A stretch of DNA of 64,000 nt from Pseudobdellovibrionaceae bacterium (lineage in GTDB: Bacteria > Bdellovibrionota > Bdellovibrionia > Bdellovibrionales > UBA1609). A program made the position numbers and the translations under genes. Location: positions 1 to 64,000 of the forward strand of contig JAUVAX010000006.1 in the NCBI GenBank assembly GCA_030591685.1, written 5' to 3'. The notes under the pieces were generated by a model. That model was not told the origin of the DNA. It was given only the letters and a program-made list of their open reading frames with translations, and did not search any database. Shown here in pieces: positions 40,020 to 49,683 of this stretch (positions are counted from its first letter, which is position 1; every line of letters starts with the position of its first letter).

Positions 40020-41910
40020 GTGTGTATCCTTTGCTTTGAGTGAGTAGTTCATTTTCAGGCGACTGAAGGGGAAGTGTGAACCCCACAGTCGTTCCTTGGC
40101 CAAGATTACTTTCTAAAAAAACATCTCCACCGTGGAGCTCAATAAAATATTTAACTAAATAAAGTCCGAGTCCAGAGCCTTTAGTTTGAAAACTATGTTT
40201 TTTTCCACGGTGAAATTTTTCAAAAATTTTACTTTGCTCTTCTTTCGAGATCCCTTCGCCGCTGTCTTCAACGACAACTATTACTCGATCATCAAGTTCA
40301 CTTGATAATATCTTCACAACACCATCTTTAGAAATATACTTAATTGCATTTTCGATAAGGTTTAAAATGACCTCTTGAATTAATACAGTATCTACATCAA
40401 TTAAAAATAAGGGTTCCAAGTCAGAAATTAGAGTCACAGATTTAGAGTCAGCTAATGGTTGGAGCTGCTTTATGACAGTCTTAATAATTTTATTTATGTC
40501 AGTTGAGCTTTTATTGAGTTTAAAGTCATGTGACTCAACTTTTAATATTTTTAAAATGGATTGAATATACCTATGAAGTTCTACGCTTTCTTGCCTTAAG
40601 TGGATGAGGTCGCGGTGAAAGGGTGAGCTCTCATTTTCGTTAATAACCCTGTCAATAATGGCCTGTATTTTTGCTATGGGCGTTTTAAGGTCATGACTAA
40701 TAAGGCTAACAAAATTGTCTTTAAGCTGCTTGACCTCAAATAAATACTTTTTTTCCTGTTCAAGTCTCCAAGTTTGATTTTCTACTAGAGTGAGCTGGAA
40801 ACTAATAAAAAGTATAAAAGTACATGCGATCTGAACGAGTGGGGAAGCTATTGGGGTCCAAAAAAAATGGCTGTCAAATAGCCACAGAGAAATAGCTGTA
40901 ATTGCAACACTGGTGCCGAGTAATATAATGATGGCCATTTCCTGTGGATAATTCATGGTAATAATTATACAAAATATAAGAAGCAGAAATAAAAATGCAA
41001 AGTAGGTGAAAGGTTTAATGTGATTAATTATTTTTCCATTAATAATACTGTCAATTGTGTTCGCAATAACCTCAACGGAGTCCATCATACCAAGTGGTGT
41101 GAGAAGAACATTATGTCGTACGTCATGAGTCCCAAGAAGAACAATTTTTCCTTTAAAAAAACCATGAGGCAGTTTGTTACTATACACATCGGCAATGCTG
41201 ACTCTTTTATAGGTCATATCTGGGCCCGCATAGTTGATAGTAAAGAAGCTGGCGTTTTTGTGAGTAGTTTTAAGTGATCGTAAAGGCTCACTAATGAGTT
41301 CACTTATATGAGCTAATGGGTAGGTGTGGTATGGGGAGAATCGTGTAAAGCCATCATCACTCACTTGATGTGTAATTAGGCCCTGTTGTTGACTGACGGG
41401 GTCCACAAAAAAAGGAATTCTAGGGGTATTGATGCTATCAATATTTGCGGCCCATATATTTTTTTTATGATTAAATATTTTTAAAATTTTTGGTTTTAAT
41501 TTAATCTCCGTTATATCTGAGAATAAAATATTTATCCCAATGATCATAGGTTCATCTTTAAGTATTGATTCCAGTGCCGTAGATAATATTTGGGGGACAA
41601 AGTAATAACTGTCGGAGCGACTTAAGAAAAATGAAGTGTTTGGTGTGGGGATATTATTTGATTTTAATAAACTGAGCCATTGTTGGTCATCAAAATCCAC
41701 AATAACAATTCTGCTGTCTGTTTCTTGTACATTTCTTAGTTTTAACCTTTGGTCGTAAGAGTTTGTCTGAGTAAAATAAAACGTAGTAACCCCTACGGCC
41801 CAGCAAATAAGAGCTCTTAATATAATGCCACGCTTGAGCCAAGTAAATGAAAATAGCTGTGTGAATTTATTTTTGTTTCTCACCGGGATGAGCTCCTTTT
41901 GGTGACGCAC
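40003..41910 (-). CDS. CHASE2-domain sensor histidine kinase
   Basis: IVIVDFD, FKGKIVLLG, TPLG..VEVIAN (CHASE2) plus 3 TM; SHDLKTP; NLIENAIKY; GSGLGL. Confidence 0.9.
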   Translation of the reverse strand: MRHQKELIPVRNKNKFTQLFSFTWLKRGIILRALICWAVGVTTFYFTQTNSYDQRLKLRNVQETDSRIVIVDFDDQQWLSLLKSNNIPTPNTSFFLSRSDSYYFVPQILSTALESILKDEPMIIGINILFSDITEIKLKPKILKIFNHKKNIWAANIDSINTPRIPFFVDPVSQQQGLITHQVSDDGFTRFSPYHTYPLAHISELISEPLRSLKTTHKNASFFTINYAGPDMTYKRVSIADVYSNKLPHGFFKGKIVLLGTHDVRHNVLLTPLGMMDSVEVIANTIDSIINGKIINHIKPFTYFAFLFLLLIFCIIITMNYPQEMAIIILLGTSVAITAISLWLFDSHFFWTPIASPLVQIACTFILFISFQLTLVENQTWRLEQEKKYLFEVKQLKDNFVSLISHDLKTPIAKIQAIIDRVINENESSPFHRDLIHLRQESVELHRYIQSILKILKVESHDFKLNKSSTDINKIIKTVIKQLQPLADSKSVTLISDLEPLFLIDVDTVLIQEVILNLIENAIKYISKDGVVKILSSELDDRVIVVVEDSGEGISKEEQSKIFEKFHRGKKHSFQTKGSGLGLYLVKYFIELHGGDVFLESNLGQGTTVGFTLPLQSPENELLTQSKGYTHAGEH

Positions 41911-41975
41911 AGTACCTAGGGTTTAAGAGAAATTCAAGTGGGTTCTGCCTAAAAAGGTGGTATTTACAATTACTT

Positions 41976-42926
41976 ATGAGGATTTATACTAAATTAGAGT
42001 CGATTGATGAACTGAAGGGTTCATCAATTACAATAGGTAACTTTGATGGAGTACACCTGGGGCATCATTTTTTACTAGGTCAAATTAAGCACTTAGCTGA
42101 CTCTGGCAGCTCGAAATCGTGGGGGGTTATCACCTTTCACCCTCATCCTAAGCAGTTACTTTGCCCTGATGCCAAATTTACGTACCTTCAAACTCGGCTT
42201 GATATGATTCAGGAGTTGGAGGCATTAGGGGCTGGTTTTGTCTTTTTACTCCCCTTTACTCAAGAAATTGCTTTAATGAGCCCTGATAACTTTTTAAGTG
42301 CCTACATAATTAACCCCTTTTTGCCTAAAAACATAGTTGTAGGCGAGGATTTTGTTTTTGGCAAAAATCGAGAGGGAGGCATTGCTTTTTTACGCGACCA
42401 GGAGAGCAAGTATTCATATGACTTATTAGTTGTTAAAAAGAGGCAGCTGCTTGGGAGTGAGGTTTCTAGTTCTAGAATAAAAAAATTACTGGCTCATGCA
42501 AAATTAAGTGAGGTATCTCAGTTGCTAGGAAGAGATTACTCACTGACAGGCGTTGTAGAAAAAGGGGCTGAGCGGGGTCGACAAATAGGGTTTCCTACGG
42601 CTAATTTGAAGTTAAAAATACCGTTGTCCTTGAGCTCTGGAGTTTACATAACCACATTGTTAGTTGATGGCAAAAGTTTTTCGTCTATGACCAATGTAGG
42701 TTTTAACCCGACTTTTAATAGTGTTCGGGAGTATAAATATTTAAAAGTAGAAACTCACATTCTTAATGAAAACATAAACCTTTATGGGAAAACAGTAAAA
42801 ATAACCTTTTTTAAAAAAATCCGTGAAGAGATTAAATTTTCTGGACCAAAGCAGTTAACAGAGCAATTATTAAAAGACAAAGCGTGTTCTGAGAGGTACT
42901 TTAGAGAGCATGTTGAAATGGGCTGA
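41976..42926 (+). CDS. ribF: Bifunctional riboflavin kinase / FAD synthetase
   Basis: IGNFDGVHLGH, TFHPHP, GEDFVFG, SSSRI, GRQIGFPTAN, GFNPTF, VETH. Confidence 0.96.
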   Translation: MRIYTKLESIDELKGSSITIGNFDGVHLGHHFLLGQIKHLADSGSSKSWGVITFHPHPKQLLCPDAKFTYLQTRLDMIQELEALGAGFVFLLPFTQEIALMSPDNFLSAYIINPFLPKNIVVGEDFVFGKNREGGIAFLRDQESKYSYDLLVVKKRQLLGSEVSSSRIKKLLAHAKLSEVSQLLGRDYSLTGVVEKGAERGRQIGFPTANLKLKIPLSLSSGVYITTLLVDGKSFSSMTNVGFNPTFNSVREYKYLKVETHILNENINLYGKTVKITFFKKIREEIKFSGPKQLTEQLLKDKACSERYFREHVEMG

Positions 42927-43782
42927 AGTATTAATCAATGAATCTCACGGTGAGCGAGATCGTTTTGATTTTCTGAGCTCTTATTTAAATAATTTAGGTT
43001 TTAAAAATGAAGTTCAACATGTGTTAACTTCTTCATATGAATTTAAAGATCGTTTGCTTGAATTAAAAAGTCAAGTCGATCAAATTCGGATACACTCTGA
43101 CCTTGGTATTCTTGTGGTGCAAGAGTTTGAATCTATGCCGTCTGAGATCGTAGATTTAGGGGCCGCAGATGCCTTTGTTTACGAAAAAGGAGGCTGGTGG
43201 TTTAGAAATTTTTTGCAAAAAGCTTTTTTGAAAACTATATCTAAATATGGAAGTTCTATAGATCTAGAGAGTTCAGCGCTAATTGTTGGGACGGGGGCAC
43301 GAGCCAGAGTCTTTGCCAGTGGTTTTATTAAAGTTGGGTTTTCTGAAGTCAATATTTCTTCAATTTTCGACGAACAGGGGACAAAATTTGTAGACGCATT
43401 AAAAAGAAAGTACTTTGGGGTAAATATTAATTTTGTGCCTCAAAGTCGTTTAGTGACTCTCCCGGGGATACACGGTGTCCTTGTTAATTCCACCCCTATA
43501 GACAGCAATAATGAACTTATAAATGAACTTAATTATTTTAATTTTTTACAAAAAGAGGGGCTTGTCATAGATTTAAACCTGTTCCCTGTTGAGTCAAGAC
43601 TAACAAAGGAAGCAAAAACAGTAGGAGCTGTTGTTATTCAGGGGTATCAGATACTAGCACTGGCTGATATTCTATGGGCTCAATCCGTTTTTGGTATAAA
43701 ACTTGATGCTGAAAAGTATGTGAATGAATTTTACAATAAATTTAAGCTTAAAGCTGAGAATTCTGAATCGGCGTTGTCTTAA
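42910..43782 (+). CDS. Shikimate dehydrogenase-like protein lacking catalytic motifs
   Basis: AroE-like framework (GAAD, VGTGARAR, VNSTP, DLNLFPVES..G..IL) at the ribF-aroE-pilB position, but no HSxSP, TxPxK or NTD. Confidence 0.7.
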   Translation: MLKWAEVLINESHGERDRFDFLSSYLNNLGFKNEVQHVLTSSYEFKDRLLELKSQVDQIRIHSDLGILVVQEFESMPSEIVDLGAADAFVYEKGGWWFRNFLQKAFLKTISKYGSSIDLESSALIVGTGARARVFASGFIKVGFSEVNISSIFDEQGTKFVDALKRKYFGVNINFVPQSRLVTLPGIHGVLVNSTPIDSNNELINELNYFNFLQKEGLVIDLNLFPVESRLTKEAKTVGAVVIQGYQILALADILWAQSVFGIKLDAEKYVNEFYNKFKLKAENSESALS

Positions 43783-43887
43783 CTAAAATAGGTGTACATC
43801 ATTTGAAATCCCTCCAAAGGTCCAGTTACAAAAAATGTCACCTAAGGTACTCTGAATAGTGAATACGGTTACAATTCGGGAGTGATT

Positions 43888-45606
43888 ATGGCAGTAAAAA
43901 AAGCCATTGGTGAATTACTAGTAAGAGAAAGCTTAATTAATATTGATCAACTAGAGCAGGCAAAAAAAAGTCAACGGCAAAACGGGGGCAAGCTAACAAG
44001 CGCACTCGTTAATCTAGGTTTTGTTAATGAAAGTGACCTTGCTGAGTTTTTAGGAAATCAATTTAACCTCCCAACAATAGATTTAAGCTCTTTTGAGTGT
44101 GAGAGGGGGGCTTTAGATATGTTGTCCTCTCAAATATGCAAAAAGCATACTGTTATCCCAGTGACTAAGGCTGACAATACCTTGGTCGTTGCCTTCGCTG
44201 ACCCTACAAATATTTATGTCAAAGATGATTTAGCTTTATTAACACGGTGTAAAATTGAACCCGTAGTGGCTTCAGAACTAGAAATTCAAAGAGCTATTGA
44301 AAAGTATTACAACATATCTTCCTCAAAAGACATTGTAAATATAATGTCCGAGATGGAGGAGGAGAGTGAATATCTCGACGATGGAGATAAGGGTGCTGTT
44401 GAATTACTGGGGCCCAATAGCAATGCCGAGGATGGCCCCATAGTAAAATTTGTCTCTGCGATGCTTGCTGACGCGATTAAGTTAGGGGCTTCTGATATAC
44501 ACATTGAACCCTATGAAAAAAGATTCCGTGTACGCTTTAGGATAGATGGAAAACTACATCAAAAAACTCAACCCCCTGCTGGAGCTGCAAATGCGATCAT
44601 AAGTCGCATAAAGATAATGTCCAAGCTTGATATTGCAGAACGACGACGACCTCAAGATGGTCGTTTGAAAGTACGAATGCAGGATCGTTCTGATATAGAT
44701 TTTCGTGTCAGTGTTTGCCCCACTTTATTTGGTGAGAAAGTGGTGCTTAGAATTTTAGATAAAAGTACATTAGAAGTGGACATGACAAAATTAGGTTTTG
44801 AGGTCGATCAACTGAAGGTTTTATTAGAAAAAATTCATCAACCACAAGGGATGGTTTTAATTACAGGCCCTACAGGGAGTGGTAAAACGACCACAATTTA
44901 CTCTTGTTTAAGTGAACTCAATGAGCCGGACGTTAATATTTCGACAGCAGAGGATCCGGTCGAATTTAATTTAGATGGAATAAATCAAGTTCAAGTGCGC
45001 GCTGATATAGGTATGGGTTTTCCTGAAGTGCTACGGTCTTTTTTACGTCAAGATCCAGACATTGTTATGGTGGGTGAAATTCGAGATCTTGAAACGGCAA
45101 ATGTGGCATACAAGGCCGCCTCAACGGGGCATTTAGTAGTGAGTACATTACATACAAATGATGCCGCATCAACAGTTTCAAGACTTGTTGACATGGGTAT
45201 TCCTAAGTTTATGGTGGCCGAAGCGACGTCTTTAGTTATAGCCCAGAGACTTATGAGAAAAAACTGCACTCGTTGTTTGGTAGATATTACTGTTCCAACG
45301 GAGACTCTTTTGGAGATAGGGGTTCCTGAGGATCGGTTGCCAGAATTTTCAACTTTAAAACGTGGGCAGGGATGCGGGGTTTGTAATAATACGGGGCTGT
45401 CGGGCCGAATAGCTATTCACGAAGTTTTAAAGTTAACAGCTCAAGTTAAGGATGCCATCTTTAAAAGCGCAAGCCCTCTTGAAATAAAAAGAATGGCTGT
45501 AAACTCAGGAATGGTTTCTTTGAGGATGAGTGCACTTGAAAAATTAAAAAATGGTTTAACTACTGTTGAGCAGGTTATTGGCTCATCTGTGGGTGATGAG
45601 TTATGA
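43888..45606 (+). CDS. pilB: Type IV pilus assembly ATPase PilB
   Basis: ASDIHIEP, DIAERRRPQDGR, GPTGSGKTTT, AEDPVE, LRQDPD, STLHTND, Cys4 zinc site. Confidence 0.96.
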   Translation: MAVKKAIGELLVRESLINIDQLEQAKKSQRQNGGKLTSALVNLGFVNESDLAEFLGNQFNLPTIDLSSFECERGALDMLSSQICKKHTVIPVTKADNTLVVAFADPTNIYVKDDLALLTRCKIEPVVASELEIQRAIEKYYNISSSKDIVNIMSEMEEESEYLDDGDKGAVELLGPNSNAEDGPIVKFVSAMLADAIKLGASDIHIEPYEKRFRVRFRIDGKLHQKTQPPAGAANAIISRIKIMSKLDIAERRRPQDGRLKVRMQDRSDIDFRVSVCPTLFGEKVVLRILDKSTLEVDMTKLGFEVDQLKVLLEKIHQPQGMVLITGPTGSGKTTTIYSCLSELNEPDVNISTAEDPVEFNLDGINQVQVRADIGMGFPEVLRSFLRQDPDIVMVGEIRDLETANVAYKAASTGHLVVSTLHTNDAASTVSRLVDMGIPKFMVAEATSLVIAQRLMRKNCTRCLVDITVPTETLLEIGVPEDRLPEFSTLKRGQGCGVCNNTGLSGRIAIHEVLKLTAQVKDAIFKSASPLEIKRMAVNSGMVSLRMSALEKLKNGLTTVEQVIGSSVGDEL

Positions 45607-46670
45607 TAACACTACACCAACTTCTTAAAGCAACTGTAAAACAAGATGCCTCTGATTTACATATTGTTGCTGGCTCAGCACCGGCATTGCGTGTAAAGGG
45701 AAGAATGGTGCGAGTCAAGTCTACAGAACTATCGGGTGAGGACACAAGGAGAATCTGCTATTCAATACTCACTGATATACAGAAGAGTAGGTTTGAAGAA
45801 GATAAGGAAATAGATTTTAGCTTTAGCGTAAAGCGTATGGCTCGATTTAGAGTTAATTTATCATATCAAAAGGGTGTTGTTTCTGGAGTTTTTAGAAAAA
45901 TTCAAATGGACGTGCCGGACATTAATACTCTAGGGATACCAAAGGGAGTTATAGAGTTAACGAAGATCCCCTTTGGTCTAATTCTAGTAACGGGTCCCAC
46001 AGGTTGTGGGAAAACAACCACTCTTGCCGCCTTATTAGATAAAGTCAATAAAGAGCGCAGGGGGCACATTGTAACCCTTGAGGACCCGATTGAATACGTT
46101 CATATGCATAAGAATTGTATTATTAACCAACGAGAAATCGGTACAGATACAAATAGTTTTGAGGCCGCACTAAGGCATATATTAAGGCAGGACCCTGATG
46201 TGTGTTTGCTTGGCGAGTTGAGGGATGCACTTACCGTTCAATCCGCCTTAAGAATTGCAGAAACAGGTCACCTTGTATTTGCAACTTTGCATACAAACTC
46301 AGCCCTACAGTCCATCAGTCGAATGGTAGGGATGTTTCCAGCAGATCAGCAGGATCGTGAGCGAAATGTTCTCAGTCATGTTTTAAGTGGGGTACTCTCG
46401 CAAAGGTTAGTACCAACAGTTGATGGCGAACTGATTGCTGCCTGTGAATTTATGCAAGTGAATTCAGCTATTAGAAATTTAATTAGAGAGGATAAGTTGC
46501 ATCAAATATACGGGATGATGCAGGTGGGTCAGGATAAATCCGGAATGATAACGTTAAATCAATCATTGGCTCATTTAACGTTAAAAAGAAAAATAAAAAT
46601 TAGCTCTGCATTTAATGCCTCTCCGGATCCTGAGGAATTAGATCTAATACTAAGCAAAATGGGTGTGTAG
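45603..46670 (+). CDS. pilT: Type IV pilus retraction ATPase PilT
   Basis: ASDLHI, GPTGCGKTTT, EDPIE, LRQDPD, AETGHLVFATLHT, AIRNLIRE. Confidence 0.95.
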   Translation: MITLHQLLKATVKQDASDLHIVAGSAPALRVKGRMVRVKSTELSGEDTRRICYSILTDIQKSRFEEDKEIDFSFSVKRMARFRVNLSYQKGVVSGVFRKIQMDVPDINTLGIPKGVIELTKIPFGLILVTGPTGCGKTTTLAALLDKVNKERRGHIVTLEDPIEYVHMHKNCIINQREIGTDTNSFEAALRHILRQDPDVCLLGELRDALTVQSALRIAETGHLVFATLHTNSALQSISRMVGMFPADQQDRERNVLSHVLSGVLSQRLVPTVDGELIAACEFMQVNSAIRNLIREDKLHQIYGMMQVGQDKSGMITLNQSLAHLTLKRKIKISSAFNASPDPEELDLILSKMGV

Positions 46671-46672
46671 TC

Positions 46673-47893
46673 GTGGCTCTTTATTTATTTAATGCAAAAT
46701 CAATGGATGGTAAATCTATTTCAGGCGAAGTCAATGCTGAAAATGAAACAGAGGCTCGAGTGAAGTTGAGGGCCCAGTACCTCATCCCCATAAAATTAAA
46801 ACAAAAAGGTAGTAGCAATACGGTTTTAGTTAAAAATAAACAGAGCGGATCACACCATACGGTTAAGCTCAAAGAATTGCAAATATTCACAAGGCAGTTT
46901 TCAGTACTTGTAGCTTCGGGAGTTCCTATACTTCAGGGTATTGAGGCCATGGCACAAGGGTCAAAAAGCCCAGGCATGGTGGCTGTATTAAATGATATGG
47001 CTTTGCAGTTAAACAAAGGGCGGAGACTCTACGAAGCCTTGGCATTGCACCCAAAAGCCTTTGATAATCTTTACATTAACCTTGTCCGTGCGGGCGAAGA
47101 GGGTGGGGTTTTAGAGGCTGTACTCGTTCGTCTCGCGGATCATATAGAAAAAACGATTAAGCTAAATGGAAAAATTAAAGGAGCGATGGTCTACCCTCTT
47201 GCTATTATTGTCGTCGCATTTATTGTAGTTGCTGTAATTATGATTTTTGTTATCCCTAGTTTTGTTGATATGTTTAGCCAAAATGGAGCCGAGTTACCAT
47301 GGTTAACACAAAAAGTTATTGATGCCAGCGATTTTACAACACAGTATTGGTATTTAATAGTCATAAGCATTACTGGGTCGGTGTTTTCAATAAAGGGATA
47401 TTATCGCACCACAGCTGGTAAAGAGCTTATTGATCAGTACTTAATTATGGTGCCCGTTTTGGGTTCATTGATTCAAAAAGGAGCGATAGCATCATTTTCA
47501 AGAACCTTAGCAACAATGTTAAGGGCTGGTGTGAAAATTTCTGAATCGCTAGAAATAGCAGCATCAACTGTAGGTAATGATGTTATTGCAAAAGCTATTA
47601 GACGCTCTAAAGCTGCAATCGAAAGAGGCAGAGCTTTAGTGGAGCCATTAAAAAAAGAAAAGTATATACCGGTCATGGTTACTCAAATGATTAGTATTGG
47701 AGAGCAAACGGGAAACTTAGATACTATGCTTGAGAAAATTGCTGATTTTTATGAGGATGAGGTTGATGTTGCCGCGTCAGCATTGACGAGTTTAATGGAG
47801 CCCATACTGATGGTCGTTATTGGAGGGATTATAGCCATTTTAGTCGTTGCAATGTATTTACCAATCTTTCAAATGGCCGATGCCGTGATGTAA
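46673..47893 (+). CDS. pilC: Type IV pilus platform protein PilC
   Basis: FTRQFSVLVASGVP, AGEEGG, AMVYP, IGEQTGNLD, MYLPIF. Confidence 0.95.
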   Translation: MALYLFNAKSMDGKSISGEVNAENETEARVKLRAQYLIPIKLKQKGSSNTVLVKNKQSGSHHTVKLKELQIFTRQFSVLVASGVPILQGIEAMAQGSKSPGMVAVLNDMALQLNKGRRLYEALALHPKAFDNLYINLVRAGEEGGVLEAVLVRLADHIEKTIKLNGKIKGAMVYPLAIIVVAFIVVAVIMIFVIPSFVDMFSQNGAELPWLTQKVIDASDFTTQYWYLIVISITGSVFSIKGYYRTTAGKELIDQYLIMVPVLGSLIQKGAIASFSRTLATMLRAGVKISESLEIAASTVGNDVIAKAIRRSKAAIERGRALVEPLKKEKYIPVMVTQMISIGEQTGNLDTMLEKIADFYEDEVDVAASALTSLMEPILMVVIGGIIAILVVAMYLPIFQMADAVM

Positions 47894-47895
47894 AA

Positions 47896-49566
47896 ATGAA
47901 ATCATCAGACTATATTGAAAAAAAGGAAGAAAACACCAATGTCGGGCTAGCTACTCAGACAGAACGAATTTTAATGATTCAAACTATTCGTATTCTTTCA
48001 ATCTGTGCTATTTTATTAGTAATCTTAGCTTTTCAAGCCACTCAGCCAGAGTTTTTAAACCCAGATGTTTGGGTTCCTATTTATTTAATATTAAGTTTTG
48101 GATTTTTGATTAATACTTTTTTACTTTTAAAGTTTGATCGGTTCTCCGGTAACTGGATTATTAATTCAGCATTGTTTGCTTTTGATGCGATTCTGGTTAC
48201 CTCCCTTATTTATTATACGGGGGTTAATAAATCTATATTTTTGTTTTTATACTTAGTTTATATAATTCAGTGTGGTCTTTTTGCGGGGCACAAGGGGGCA
48301 CTGTTAATGGCCCTCTGGACGTCGTTTTTATTTAGCTTACTTCTTATGATGGGTCCAAGAATTGAGGGGGAAGCTCTGTTTTTCGCCCTTGGGTTTAATA
48401 ACTTGGCCTTTTTTGCCGTCGCTATTTTAAGTGGATTTCTAAGTGATCAAATTGACTTTATTGGTGGTGAATTAAAAAGTAGAGGCAGAGAGTTAACGGC
48501 CTTAAGAGATTTTAATCAGCTAATTGTAGAGAGTGTCGGGACAGGGTTTTTAACTTTAGATAATGATATGAACATTACACATATAAATTCTGCGGCGGCA
48601 TCGATACTGGCTGATCAGACTATTATGGGTCAAAACTTAAAGGCTGTATTCCCGGGTTTGCTTGAAAAACTGAAGGGTCAAAAGTTTGAACCTTCAAATA
48701 TTCCATCACAATTCGAAGAAGATTATGTAAATTATAAAAATGAAAAATTAATAATCCATACACTTACGTCGGCTTTAAAGGATGAGGAAGGTCAATTTAT
48801 TGGCTTTGTTGTCATGTTCCAGGACCAAACAGAGGTGAAGCGAATGGAGTTAGCATTAAGACAACAAGAGAAAATGGCGGCCGTCGGTTTACTTGCTGCA
48901 GGTATTGCTCATGAAATCAGGAATCCTCTGGCGAGTATTAGTGGAAGTGTTCAACTCATTAAGTCCAGTAGCTCACTAACACCTGAAGAAAATGAAAAAT
49001 TAATGAACATAATAATAAAGGAAATTGATCGTTTAAATGACCTAATAAATGAGTTTTTGGATTTTGTTCGTCCAGAAAAAATCTCAGATGACCCTGTTAA
49101 TATTAAAGAGCTGTTGAAGGAAGTACTGGAGATAGTTTCTATGGACAAAAAATTGAGAAAAGATGTTGAAATCGACTTAACACTAAAAGGCCACCAAGTA
49201 ATATCAGGAAATTATAATAAGCTCAAACAAGCCTTGTTAAACATAATAATAAACTCCTTTCAGGCAATGGAGAGTGTAGAGCATCCAAAATTGCGGATTA
49301 AAAATTATGACAGTGACCAAAGAGCGATTATAGAGATCCAAGACTCAGGTATAGGTATGGATAAAAATCAAGTGAATAGAATATTCGAGCCATTTCATAC
49401 CACTAAAGCCAAAGGCACAGGTTTAGGTCTTGCTGTCACACATAAAATCATCGAAAACCATGGTGCTCGGGTGTTTGTAGAGAGTGAAAAAGGCAAGGGA
49501 ACCCGCTTTACAATAGAATTTCCAAAAGGAAGTGGTGAGGTCCTGTCACTGAAATTACAGGCCTAA
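47896..49566 (+). CDS. pilS: Sensor histidine kinase PilS-like
   Basis: About 6 TM + PAS + AHEIRNPLASISG, GTGLGL; lies between pilC and pilR. Confidence 0.85.
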   Translation: MKSSDYIEKKEENTNVGLATQTERILMIQTIRILSICAILLVILAFQATQPEFLNPDVWVPIYLILSFGFLINTFLLLKFDRFSGNWIINSALFAFDAILVTSLIYYTGVNKSIFLFLYLVYIIQCGLFAGHKGALLMALWTSFLFSLLLMMGPRIEGEALFFALGFNNLAFFAVAILSGFLSDQIDFIGGELKSRGRELTALRDFNQLIVESVGTGFLTLDNDMNITHINSAAASILADQTIMGQNLKAVFPGLLEKLKGQKFEPSNIPSQFEEDYVNYKNEKLIIHTLTSALKDEEGQFIGFVVMFQDQTEVKRMELALRQQEKMAAVGLLAAGIAHEIRNPLASISGSVQLIKSSSSLTPEENEKLMNIIIKEIDRLNDLINEFLDFVRPEKISDDPVNIKELLKEVLEIVSMDKKLRKDVEIDLTLKGHQVISGNYNKLKQALLNIIINSFQAMESVEHPKLRIKNYDSDQRAIIEIQDSGIGMDKNQVNRIFEPFHTTKAKGTGLGLAVTHKIIENHGARVFVESEKGKGTRFTIEFPKGSGEVLSLKLQA

Positions 49567-49683
49567 GAAACGATCTAACCAAACAAGGGTCCTTGCCTGT
49601 TCTGAAGCCTGTATTTATTAAACATTGTTGAAAATTTAGAAGTTTCATAAGAAAATAAGGAGTAGTAGTTGTGAGGAGACAAG

